Program-made: the position numbers and the translations under genes
Part shown: piece by piece, positions 37,949 through 50,323 of the stretch
How positions within the stretch are numbered: position 1 is the first letter of the stretch
How the letters are laid out: every line of letters begins with the position of its first letter
Notes under the pieces: model-generated
Told to the model about the DNA's origin: nothing
The model's input: only the letters and a program-made list of their open reading frames with translations
The model's database searches: none
Origin: Haliotis rubra
Lineage: Eukaryota
NCBI RefSeq assembly: GCF_003918875.1
Contig: NW_025767002.1
Span: 372,001 to 436,000 of the forward strand
Reading direction: 5' to 3'
DNA: 64,000 nt

Positions 37949-40210
37949 CTGGAAACGCAATAATCCAATTTAGTATGTGATCAATCAAATCATAAGCCTA
38001 CAAAAGCACATATACATCTTCTTTGTTGAATCAGAGACCATGTAATCTATTATATGGTCTCTGGTTGAATAAGGAAAAAAGGTAGAAAGGCCCGGGTTCC
38101 ATTCCCCATATGGGTACATTGTATGAAACTCATTTCTGGTGTCCCCAGCAGTGATATTGCTGGAATGTTGCTAAAATCGGCATAAAACCAAACTCACTCA
38201 CTCACATTTCACTTATACTTACTAAGACTAACTGAAAGGTGGATGATAGAACGCCCACTATGTGTAAAATTTATTGAGTTTATGTCTGCTTGAGAAACTA
38301 ATTTTCTCAATAGAATACCTTTGTTCACACACTTTCTTAAAACCATCAATGTGTTTTACCCCCTTGAGATACCCTTAAATGCTATTTCCTGTATTTTGGG
38401 ACTCTTCAAGTTGGATTGCTTTTGTAACAAATTCTGTTTATATATTTATTATATATTTTAGTGATGTATAAATATACATATATATGTTTCACCAACACAT
38501 TTTCGACTTTCATTCAAGAATCATCTACCGCTTGTTTTCAAGGTAAACCATACATAACATCTTCGACATTCTACAGCTTGAATTAGTTTCTGCATAGGTG
38601 GTAACCTTGAGGTTTGCTTATTCTTTCGATTCTGTGTGTAAGATGTCCTACTTTATATGTGAGCAACTGATTTACTTCTCTAAAGGTGAGGTGAGGTGAA
38701 ATTGGGTTTAACGTCGTGCTTGAAAATATTTCGCTCATATGACGACGTGCATGCGTGTGTATGTGTAAGTGCGGCTGCTTGTACTAGCCCAGACTTAAGC
38801 TGGTTTTATAGTGCTAGCCCACTGAGATACCATGCCACAGTGAAGCATGAATTCAGACACATTATACTGACTCCGAGCCAACCAGTCCTTGTCGTACCCT
38901 CTCCGGGCGGAAGCTCTAACCACTACACCACGGAGGCGGTCTCCCTAAAGGTAGTTTCGCCGCTAGAACATCACATTTATACTACTACCTGACTAACATC
39001 AATTGGTCCAAATGCGTCAGAACTTCATGACAGATATCACACAATCAGTTCATTAATAGATCTATGAAAAAGCTAAGCTGTTGCTTTTTTTGCTATTCAT
39101 TTGATACAGTCGATACAGATAGGCGAACTAGCTATTCCCCAAACCTATTTTCCACATGTTGAAGATTTTCCCTATGGTGTCTGACGTGTTCCCTATTCTT
39201 ATGAGTATCAGATGTTCCTGGGTATGTTCAGGTGAATAGTTGACGTGCCTGTGCATGTGTTACTGCCATTGGGAGGCATGATACGTTCTCCTATTCTTAA
39301 ACACCTGGTATCACCTCTGTTTATTAATGATTTACAAACACATACTTATGAAACAGTTGCAACCGTTCAACTGACGTTAGGCAGAAACTGGTTAATGCTT
39401 TCAATCTTAATGCGTCCTCGATTCCCAATATTGAATGACTCACTGCCACCATACTTGAACAATACTGCTAAAATTGGAGTAATATACTGAGGGAAATAAA
39501 TAATGAAACACCACCTCATGTCAGTGTTCCTTTATTTATTCGCAGACTCCCCCCATAGCGCTATTCAAAACTGGTGATGAAAACTGGAAAAGGAACGCTT
39601 GAATTTTCCTGTGTTTCTCTGTTTGTTTCTCTCTGTATATCGAAGGAACCCAGGAAAGAATGCCTGAGAGTGAAGTGTGATGATGTTAGTTTCCTATATG
39701 TTCATGATGATCTATATCTTCTTGCTGTGTGCCCAGGAGAGATTCGGGGTTAGAAAGACCCCATAAAACATATGCTTGACATTTGACACCACCAAACAAC
39801 TATGGTTGTTAGGCTCATTGACTTGGTAAGTGGGTGTCATCTAATATCAGAGTACAGACATGGATTATTGCTTACAGTATCAATCACTGGATTTACAGTG
39901 AGTGAGTTAAGTTTTACGCCGCTTTAGCAATATTCCAGTAATGGAGCTTCACACATTGTACCCATGTGGGGAATCGAACCCGGGCCATCGGCGTGACGAA
40001 CGAACGCTTTAACCACTAGGCTACCCCACCCACTTCCACTGGATTTACAAGCCGTAGCAGGAACATGTCTGAGCGTGGTGTTAAAAACAGCAACCATACA
40101 ACTTATCTTGTAGCTGCTTGACCTGCAGACATGTGTATACAAACAACTGAACCATTGCTTATGAATTGTACCAGTTGTTATTTTCATCAATGAAAAAGGA
40201 TTGAATTACA

Positions 40211-40809
40211 TTAGGATTTGTTTCTTCTGAACAGTTTAAGTAAAACGATGAAAAGATTGATTTTGGCTTTTGTACATTTCGTTTCTGGATTACAATTTTC
40301 GATCACACTGGCTGTACTGAATGACATTTGCTTCTTTGATGAGAATTATTTTGAGAGTTCATGATGTTTTGTTGACGTATTGTCTTGTTTAGGAGACAAT
40401 ACTGTGGTCAATGCACGAGGTCTGTAGCCCCTGACCCTCTGAACAAGTCCAACACCTTCTCCAGCTCCAGAATGTACACCCAGTCTTTCAGCTCAAACAT
40501 ATCCACCTCCTTCAACAAGCGGTCCACCCACCTGCTCCCCTCGAGGGAGACTTTCTCACCCGAGAGTTGTCTGACTTGTGTCTTGAAATGGTTTATTCTT
40601 CATTTTCAGACATTTGGAGCGGTGTCGAGCATCTCGTAGGTCAGCCCGAGAGTGTCCACCTCGGCCAGGACAGCCGTCAGCTGCACGTGGAGCTCGTGCT
40701 CTTTGACATTTTGTTTATCCTCTTGACAACAGTCCCACTGGAATGGAGGCTGGGGTCGAATAGGTCTTGGTTTTATCGCGACGTGTTTGGGGAACCATAT
40801 CGTGGAACT
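40211..40809 (-). pseudogene. family copy G exon 3 with multiple indels (pseudogene or consensus errors)
   Basis: Many small indels relative to C, E and F. Confidence 0.6.
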
Positions 40810-41085
40810 CTGGAAACGCAATAATCCAATTTAGTATGTGATCAATCAAATCATAAGCCTACAAAAGCACATATACATCTTCTTTGTTGAATCAGAGACC
40901 ATGTAATCTATTATATGGTCTCTGGTTGAATAAGGAAAAAGGTAGAAACATAACAGTTGATACAGAAAGTTATTTTCAAAAGCACATGTACAACCGTGTG
41001 TTGAATAAAGGAAAATAATAGAAACCATTGTTTTCAAATAAAGTTGGAAGGATACGAAAATTAAAGGTATTTATGACACACACAC

Positions 41086-41214
41086 CTTTAAGTTCTCTGT
41101 GTGCGAACCACTGTGCCACCTCGGAATCAAACCCCTCACACTCGGACATGGTCAGACGTCTGGCGACTGGTTTTGGTTTTATTGTGACGTGTTTGGGAAC
41201 CGCATCATGAATCT
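41086..41214 (-). CDS. family copy G exon 2
   Basis: 129 nt intact, AG/GT. Confidence 0.65.
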
Positions 41215-41623
41215 CTGAAATAACAATAACAGAATTTGGTACAAAATCAAACCAGTATGACAAATGGAAAGCAAATACATCAAGCCTATGAGATGCAGAA
41301 ATATAGTGTCTGGGTCTTAGACCCTTTTCAGTGAGTGAGTGTGTTTTGTTTTACGCCGGACTCAGCAATAGTCCAGCTATATGGCGGCGGTCTGTAAATA
41401 ATCGAGTTTGGACCAGACAATCAGGTGATCAACAGCATGCGCATCGACCTATGCAATTGAGATACGATGACATGTGTAACTAATTCAGCGAGCCTGACCA
41501 CCCAATCCCGTTAGTTGCCTCTTACGACAAGCATGAGTTACTGAAGGTCAATTCTAACCAGGATCGTCACGGATATTCAGCTGTAGGTATGAAGTCTATT
41601 ATTATATATAAGAGCACGCTTAC

Positions 41624-41711
41624 CTGTCGGTTCTGTACGTGCAAAACACTCGGCCACCTCGGGATCAAACCCCTCACACTCGGACATGGTCAGACGTCTG
41701 GTGACTGGCAT
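41624..41711 (-). CDS. family copy G exon 1
   Basis: 88 nt intact. CRE dyad at 41791 and 41812. Confidence 0.65.
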
Positions 41712-42686
41712 AATCTTTGGATTATCTCGATAAATGAAGAGCGTACTGTAGTGCTGCTGTAGCTGGCTGAGACAATGTCAGACAATGGCGTGACGTCACA
41801 ATATCACCGAATGACGTCATAGCGATCTCCAGTCGGTAGTTTCTGTTTGATTATCCATTTCGGCATATTTCGCCTCGATCGTGTTCCGATTGCGACATGT
41901 CAACCTTTTAACATACAATGCTCACTAGATGCTCCTTTTAGCTTTGGTATGATGTCGATACTTTTTTCTGAACCATCATTATATCATGAACAAATATGTC
42001 ATCCTTACAAATATTAATTGAATGAATAGGAGATATTTTCATGTGTTTTTCCCGAATGAAATTGTTTTCCGGTAAGGGATTATTCGAATTGTTTGCAATG
42101 TGATATTGTCATCGGTGAATTGACATTTCACATTTTTTTCCGATTGCGACATATAACCCTTATAACATACATACATTGATAATTAAATGCTTTGCGCTCT
42201 GTGGTATAATATCGATATTTCTCACCTAAACTATCATTATATTATAATTACATATCTATTGATTATTCATAACATTACCACAAAACATTTAAAAGGAACT
42301 TAATGCAATGCAAATTGTGATTTTGACTTTTTCCCTCTCCAGAATTACAGCGATTTACAAAGTTGAACTGAAAAGGCTTTTTCAACCAACAACTTGAAAA
42401 GTATTTTGTTCAACCAATACTTTGAACACATTTGAATAGATTGTTTTCAAATTTGGGGATCACCCTCCATATCTATAGGAGAGATGCAGTGCAAAGTTGT
42501 ATTTTGCCATTTTAATTTTTCGACTTTTAAAATTGCATTTCTTGAACTCTGGAAAAAGTCAAAGTTGTTGATAATAACAATTATTTACTAAGTTGATTAT
42601 TTTCAGATTTGGGTAATGGATTCTTTGTTAATAGGAAAGGTGCAGTACAACATTTTTTTTTATACAGACCTACTATTTCACAAAGC

Positions 42687-43345
42687 TAAATGAAAATACA
42701 CAACGGCGTAACTCCACGTGATGATATCCTACCCCTCATGTCAAATTTCGGGCTATGTTTTGGGCGTTGGTAGATAAGTTTCAAGGTATCGTTTCTCCAC
42801 ATTTTCACATTTCGAAAAAAGCCAGACAGAACTTTCATCAGAAAAGCAAACATTATCCCAATCTTGATTTTCGTGAGCCCTACACCAGTTTAAACGTCTT
42901 TTTTGTGCACCGTTCATCAGTGGTGAGGGGATTCCTCGCTTTTTCACCCAGTTAAGTCTTTGTAATTTTTGTCGAAGGGTTTCATGACATACCTGAGGAC
43001 TTCCTCTATTAATCATCTCATTTCTGATATTCTCAACGCTTTTCAATTTCCCTACTCTCAATCTGACCAAGTCGCCGTTGATCCGTAGTTCTGAACTTCC
43101 TTGCCCTCCCTGCCCCTGTCTTGTACTCAATCCCAACCCCTGACTGAATATTCTTCAACGTTTTTGTATACTGTAGACAGAGGAATGTCATGTCTACTAG
43201 CTAACTCTTTTGCATTAGTCACACCCTTTCAAAATCATCTGTAACCAGCTTTCTTTTCTCTTTTTCTGTCAAATCTGCCATGTCAACAAAGGAAGCCGCC
43301 TGTTACACCAAGGGAGATAACTCTTGATGTAGTAAGGTTCATTCT
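42687..43345 (-). mobile_element. Tc1/IS630-like relic 2, paralog
   Basis: Matches 23685-24330. Confidence 0.8.
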
Positions 43346-43346
43346 T

Positions 43347-43568
43347 AATGTTGATTCTTCATTTTCAGACATTTGGAGCGGTGTCGAGCATCTCGTAGGT
43401 CAGCCCGGAGAGTGTCCACCTCGGCCAGGACAGCCGTCAGCTGCACGTGGAGGTCGTGCTCTTTGACATGTTGTTGGTCCTCTTGACAACAGTCCCATTG
43501 GAATGGAGGCTGGGGCCGAATAGGTCTTGGTTTTATCGTGACGTGTTTGGGAGCCATGTCGTGGAACT
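43347..43568 (-). pseudogene. family copy H: 5' part of exon 3 only
   Basis: Fused to Tc1 sequence at 43346. Exons 1-2 are deleted at a junction near 43727. Confidence 0.75.
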
Positions 43569-45089
43569 CTGGAAACGCAATAATCCAATTTAGTATATGA
43601 TCAATCAAATCATAAGCCTACAAAAGCACATATACATCTTCTGTGTTGAATCAGAGACCATATAATCTATTATATGGTCTCTGGTTGAAGATAAGAAAAA
43701 GGTAGAAACATAACAGTTGATACAGAAGAATGAATTTATTTTCTGGAAGGGATTATTTGAACTGTGTGCAATGTGATATTGTCATCAGTGAATTGGCATT
43801 TCACATTTCTGTTCCGATTGCGAGATATAAGCCTGAACATATGTTAAATGATCATTAGATGATTTTTGTTAAGTGGTATAATGTCGATATTTCTCCTAAA
43901 CATCATTATATTATTAGCACATATCTATTGATCATTCATAAGATTACCCCAAAACCTGTAAAAGAAACTTAATGCAATGGAAATTATGATTTTGATATTT
44001 CTGTCTCCAGAATTACAGCAATTTACAAATTTGAACTTAAAAGGTTTTCAACCAACAACTTGAAAAGTATTTTGTTCAACACATTTGAATGGATTGTTTT
44101 CAAATTTGGGGATCACCCTCCATATCTATAGGAGAGATGCAGTGAAAAGTTTTATTTTGCCATTTTAATTTTTCAATGTTTTAAAATGCATCCCTTGAAC
44201 TCTAAAACAGTCAAAGTTGCTGACAATAACAATTATTTACTAAGTTGATTATTTTCAGATTTGGGTAATGACCATTTTGTTTATAGGAAAGGTGCAGTAC
44301 AACGATTGATACAGATCTACTATGTGGCAAGACTAATAATTTTAATTGTTGTACAGATGAAGTTGGGAGTCACGGTCAGGGTTATTAGTGAGCCGTGCTC
44401 ACGTTTTTCTGGCCTATTTGACCTGTGAACTGTCATCGATGCTGTTTGTCCATTTCTCAATTGTTCTTTTATCTGTAAATATATGCTTGCTTGATTGGAA
44501 TGTTGAAAACATTAGTAGGTAGAAAAGCCCCTTCTGTGTGACAGGTATGTGAGTGAGTGAGTACAGTGAAGGCCACCCTGAATAATGTTTCAGTAAAGTA
44601 GCAGCATGTTAGAGAAACGTTTGATAAAGGCTATGTAATATGAAAGTTCAGAATCTTTTCTAACTTCTGACTTCAATTCACGACACTGATATATGTCAAC
44701 GTGAACACTCTTCCGATTCAATCTTTCATGTCTTGAAATGGGAACAAATTGTATCGAAATGTTTTTCTTTAACTTTCTAAACGTCTTTTAATATTTTACG
44801 ACATAATAATATATGACAGTTAATGTTACCTATGAGAAATGTCCTCAAAAGCAATGAGTGAGTAAGTGAATTCTAACTTCCATGCATGCGTCCTCAATAT
44901 ATACACGTACTCTGGTAATTTTGGTCAGAATATGTAGGAAGCTGTATGAAGGACTTTTACATGAAAACCTTTTTATCTGCTCTGTAAGCTGGAATTCTGT
45001 TCTCGTCTGTGGATATGACTCTTTATAAATAGAAACATGCCCATGGCTCATGAGAAGTCTCTGCTAAAACAGAGTCTATTGCACAAGTC

Positions 45090-46000
45090 AATATTAGAAG
45101 TGTGTTTGGGGGAATCAATAACAAATTTATAACAATGTTATGCACACGGCTAAAGATATTTTTATTAATAGTTTTTGGCAGAGCAGGGTTGCCGTAAAGA
45201 ATGGTATCAATGTCTATGTGAACTTTTGATAGTTCAAACTCTTGCTTCAGATCAACACGGCAGCTGACTCATTTTGCACATTTCAAAAGGAAATGGTGAG
45301 CATCTACCACAGGAGCACCACAGTTGCAAACTCTACTCTCTGATAAATTAGCACGAAAAAGATCTGCATGTAATGAACTACAGGAATGTGTTAACTTCGT
45401 GTAAAGTATATGTCTTTCTTTCACCAAATAGAAAATATTTTGGAACTTGGTCATTTGTTTTCAGGTAACTTTGATTTAAACGATGATAATGAATTTGTAC
45501 ATTCTGTTGTAGAGGAGAGAGCATTCCGTAGACTTGCAGAATCATAAATAAATGACTTTTGTAAGAAATGAGGTGCGAAATTTAGGAACAGCCAACTCTG
45601 ATTTGTTACGCAAGTTGTATCCGGAAATGGTTTCAGTAAAAGGTGGAAGTAAATCTATCAGGTAATCAGGATCTTGCATATTAACAATTTTGTAGAATGT
45701 ACAAAGTTTACCAACCAACCAATTTCACTGTAATAAACTATATCTAGAAGCGAATTTAGGCAATCCGGTTACAATTCTTGCTGCTTCAAGTTGTAACATT
45801 TCAAGTTTATCACAAATAAAGCTAGGGCAATTATCCCAAACCTCAGAGGCATATTCTAAAATAGGCCTTATATACATTTCATACATACTAGAAAGGATAT
45901 ATCTAGGTAATACGTACTTTAGCGTTTGTAATGAGGAAACATATTTTAGGCCATTTCTATTTCAGCAGATACATGATGAGACCATTTTAAATTGAAAAGC
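45090..46000 (-). mobile_element. CR1-group LINE ORF2 3' relic
   Basis: YIRPILEYASEVWDNC..LEMLQLEAARIVTGLP and CSSLHADLF..CNCG..DAHHFLLKC. Confidence 0.85.
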
Positions 46001-46016
46001 TGTCCCAGTGAGATGG

Positions 46017-46187
46017 GCTGACTGACTGACTGACTGACTGAGTTTGGTTTTACGCCGCTTTTAGCAATATTCCAGCAACATCACGGTGGGGGACACCAGA
46101 AATGGGCTTCACACATTGTACCCATGTGGGGATTCAAACCCGGGTCTTCGGCGTGACGAACCAACGCTTTAACCAATAGGCTACCCT
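46017..46187 (-). mobile_element. SINE family A
   Basis: Consensus match with (AGTC)n tail. Confidence 0.85.
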
Positions 46188-46560
46188 GTATGTTTTGGAT
46201 TATCCAATTTTCAATTTCCTTCCAGATGGTTTGGGTTACAACACATTCCCAATATACATGACATAAAGTTTCACTATCAACATTACAAAAGCTGCATTGG
46301 TCAACAAGTTTCATTTTCATAAGTTCTCTTTTTGTATAAATAATTCTGTGCAAAAAAATTAATTTAAAGTCTAAAATCTTTACATCTTTCAAATTCTTTC
46401 TGCAAATAGTTAAAAAAATACGCCAATCAAAATCAATATCATAAAATAAGTTTTCCCATTTTAGGCAAATATGAGGTTTAATATTGTCAGATAAGAGTTT
46501 ATCATAAAATAATCTTGAACAGGGAAATCTAGACTTGCTTTATTTAGGGCGTTAGAAAAG
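46188..46560 (-). mobile_element. L1/Tx1-like ORF2 zinc-knuckle relic
   Basis: FKLIFLHRIIYTK..CSFCNVDSETLCHVYWECVVTQTIW. Confidence 0.75.
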
Positions 46561-47298
46561 CCTTGGCGGAAGAGAAAATAATGCGGTTCAGGGACCGTGA
46601 GACAGACTGCTTGTCCACCTGTGGCCCTCGTCATTTGTATAAAGTAAATTGTCATATTATTTACAAACTTGGGATGACTCGTGTCTTGTGTATGGTGCAG
46701 AGAAACCGACAACCAACGACCAGAGTAGTGATACCAGGTGTTGGCCAAATGTGGAAATTTTCCTGCCCCTCCGGTGGCGCTCGTCACAAACACATGCACA
46801 GGCAAGTCAATGGTTCACCTGAACATACACGGGAACACGTGGTACACGTCAAAATAGGGAATGGGTCAAGGATAAGAGGGAAAATAGTACCCATGGAACC
46901 TAAAACACGAAATTTGGTTATTAGATCTTCGCCGAAGGATGCAAAGAAAGAGGCCAACAAATGATTCACTGACAAAAATGTCTGATTTATGTCAATAAAG
47001 CTTGGTTACATTTGAAACCGTTCTAATTGATCAAACAGTAGTATATCTAACAGGCTACTTTGAGTGACAATTCTTCAAATCAGCTGAAATAATTAATTTA
47101 AAAACTCAGTCAAACATCGGCCTCCAGCTATTTCGGTCGACATGTCTACCGATCTCTAGGAGTGTGACAAATACATTTCCAGTGGATCATAATATGATCC
47201 AACGCTTCAGTGGATCATAATGCTATACAATACAATTAAGGGCATACTTTCAAAGAGAAATTTCAAGGCATTAATATTCAAAAACACTTGCAATTCGA

Positions 47299-47464
47299 CT
47301 GACTGACTGAGTTTGGTTTTACGCCGCTTTTAGCAATATTCCAGCAACATCACGGCGGGGGACACCAGAAACGGGCTTCACACATTGTACCCATGTGGGG
47401 ATTCGAACCCGGGTCTTCGGCGTGACGAGCCAACGTTTTAACCATTAGGCTACCCCACCGCCCC
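47299..47464 (-). mobile_element. SINE family A
   Basis: TSD GCAATTCGA. Confidence 0.88.
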
Positions 47465-47896
47465 AGTCGCAATTCGAATACTGTATAGTAAGTAATATGA
47501 TATCCTATAGTCCTTCAAGACTACACATCCATTAGGAACAAAGAATACATGAAAAAAAACGCCAATTCAATACAACAGAATTTGGATTAAGATTGTTAAT
47601 GAATTGATATTAGCCCATGATATGATGATGGTTTTGAAGAAAATATCGAAATTATGCCAAAGAACAACGAGCATCTAATGATATGTAGCAATCGGAACGT
47701 ACTCAAACCGGAATATACCGACATCTTTCGAAGGTGTTTCAGCCGGACGAAGGACAGCGAAATCTACAGCGACTAGTCATTGCTATGACGTCATTCGGTG
47801 ATACTGTGACATTGTCAGGCCATTGTCTGACATTGTCTCAGCCAGCTACAGCAGTTCTGCAGTACGCTCTTCATTTATCGAGATTATCTCAAGATT

Positions 47897-47984
47897 ATGC
47901 CAGTCACCAGACGTCTGACCATGTCCGAGTGTGAGGGGTTTGATCCCGAGGTGGCGGAGTGTTTTGCACGTACAGAACCGACAG
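47897..47984 (+). CDS. family copy I exon 1
   Basis: ATG at 47897, donor GTGAGC, CRE at 47786. Confidence 0.8.
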
Positions 47985-48951
47985 GTGAGCGTCGTTATGA
48001 GTCAACTCTGAATATTCACTTTTGCCATCCGGAAGACGTTTCAATGTCCCTTGTCATAGGTCAAACAGAACAAGGACATATTAATCCCTTGTAGCATTAC
48101 AATTCTAAACAAAACCTTTGAAATATAATATTTGAATTTTTATAAATATATACTTTCATGGATGCTGATATGTCTGTAAATTTGTTGAGTTAGTGTATGT
48201 GGTTTATAGGAATACAGAAAAGTGTACATATATGACTTGTTTAAGGAAATATACTGACGTACAAAATAAAGTACACATTTGGATTTGGAGGGATTATTTT
48301 TAAAAACAAACAAAGAAATAATTTTGACAAATCTTTGATTGCGCCTTACAACTCCGGAATTGGGTATGCTGTCTGTGGTGTTTAGCCAACACGAGCACAA
48401 TGTTTGTGACACGTATGTCACAAAAACGTTGGGTTTTTACATATATGGTAAACATCGGGTGGGTATTTTCTTTTGTGCTTCAGTTTATGTGTTGGTGTGT
48501 ATTATGCGTGTGAATGGGTGTATTAATTTTATGTTTGTTCACATTTAATCATCTGTTATCGAAATTGGCATACATATTTTATTGTATCATGCCGTGCTCT
48601 GTTTGATGTAAACATAACTTTTTTATATCCCATCAAGAATGGCATAACTCATCAAGTTCTAAAACCTATTCATGTTCTCTTTTCAAGTATAATCTTTCTG
48701 TGGAACCATAGCTTAGTGTTATTAACGTTAGTAAATTTCGCATTGTTCTTACACAGTTTCGTTGTGGTTCCCATCACTTTAATATTGAGACGGGTAGATA
48801 CACAAATAAGCCTAGATATCACTGGTTATGTGTGATAATGGATATATTCAAAACGGTTACCATTTCTTTTAAGTGTGTACTGCATACAGTTCTTTGGGCA
48901 CTTAATTTATTCCTGCCACGTTTTAAACATACCCTTCTTTGTCAAATTTCA

Positions 48952-49186
48952 GCAACCAATGCTTGCCACAAAAGGCGACTATGCTTGTCGTAAGAGGCGA
49001 CAAACGGGATCGGGTGGGCAGGCTCGCTGACTTGGTTGACACATGTCATCGGTTCCCAACTGCGCAGATCGATGCTCATGCTCTTGATCACTGGATTGTC
49101 TGGTCCAGACTCGATTATTTACAGACCTCGGCCATATAGCTGGAATATTGCTGAGTGCGGCGTAAAGCTAAACTCACTCACTCACT
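48952..49186 (+). mobile_element. SINE family B, 5'-truncated
   Basis: TSD CTTTGTCAAATTTCA. Confidence 0.85.
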
Positions 49187-49566
49187 CTTTGTCAAATTTC
49201 AATATATTGATGACCTCAAACAATACGTTTGTCATCAGAAATGTAGCAGTGTTTATTTATTATGCTGCAAAGCAATGCCAATCAAATATGGCTGCAAATA
49301 TGTAATATTTGTATTATAGGCCGATGGCTTACATACACTCTTTGAATAAAGAAATTTCTTGGTTCCTTTTTGGGTAATAAAGTGTTATCTTGTCCTATAA
49401 ATGATAATAGAGTTCAATCCTCCAATTTCAATTAGAAGACAATTCAGAATCAACCACTTTTATCCTACCATTTCTTTAATTATACAGTGTAGAAGTATAT
49501 GCCGTATTTTGGTTTCACTTTCCAACTGGATTGATTTTGTACTAAATCCAGATATTGTTATTTCAG

Positions 49567-49695
49567 GGTTTCATGATGCGGTTCCCAAACACGTCACAAT
49601 AAAACCAAAACCAGTCGCCAGACGTCTGACCATGTCCGAGTGTGAGGGGTTTGATTCCGAGGTGGCACAGTGGTTTGCACACAGAGAACTGAAAG
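49567..49695 (+). CDS. family copy I exon 2
   Basis: 129 nt, TTTTCAG acceptor and GTGTGT donor. Confidence 0.8.
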
Positions 49696-49836
49696 GTGTG
49701 TGTGTCATAAATACATTCAACTTTCGTATTTCGTGTGTGTTTGTTTTGAATCCGTTCAATTCTCATATTCTTGCAAGTTCATTCGAGAAAATAATAGTTT
49801 CTGCATCAACCGTTACTCATTGAATGCATATAGGCT

Positions 49837-50021
49837 CATAGGCGGATCCAGAGAGAGAGAGGGGGGGGGGGGGGTTGTTGTTGTTGCAGGGGTGCGCATC
49901 CCCCCTTTTGTCCTGAAAGTTTATTAAATGACCATTGAAACTCGGGTGAAAATGAAGTGTGCACCCCTCCTTTTCTCAATAGTGTGCACCCCCTTTTCTC
50001 AAAAAGCTGTATCCGCCCCTG
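49837..50021. mobile_element. MITE in intron 2 of copy I
   Basis: Imperfect TIR CATAGGCGGATCCAG/CTGTATCCGCCCCTG flanked by AGGCT direct repeats. Confidence 0.7.
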
Positions 50022-50323
50022 AGGCTGATGTCTCAGACTTGCCATAGAATCCATCATATGTTTTGGACATCATACGTTTTTTGGACGCCGGTGTTGCTCG
50101 TGATATAATGAAGAATGTTGCATCGCAAGACATGACAAATACTTGAATGAAGGCTTGTTGGTGTGTTTTTTGAAGATCAAGGAATCTTTTAGTCAGTGAG
50201 ATATTTTACAGTTGTTCACTTGACAGGAGAAACTATTTGTGGTTGTCTTCATCTCGCTCACTATCTTTTACATACGTAAATCCTACAATATCAGGATATA
50301 CACTCAGTTCGATCATTATTCAG

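Larger units (their letters stand above)
32378..40948. repeat. three tandem 2.85-kb units, each carrying exon 3
   Basis: Junctions at ~35239 and ~38088; ORF offset is 2850. Confidence 0.9.
27480..44970. repeat. segmental duplication block 2, paralogous to ~9750-29580
   Basis: Colinear identity: 12017/29746, 15031/30672, 23685/42687. Confidence 0.9.
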
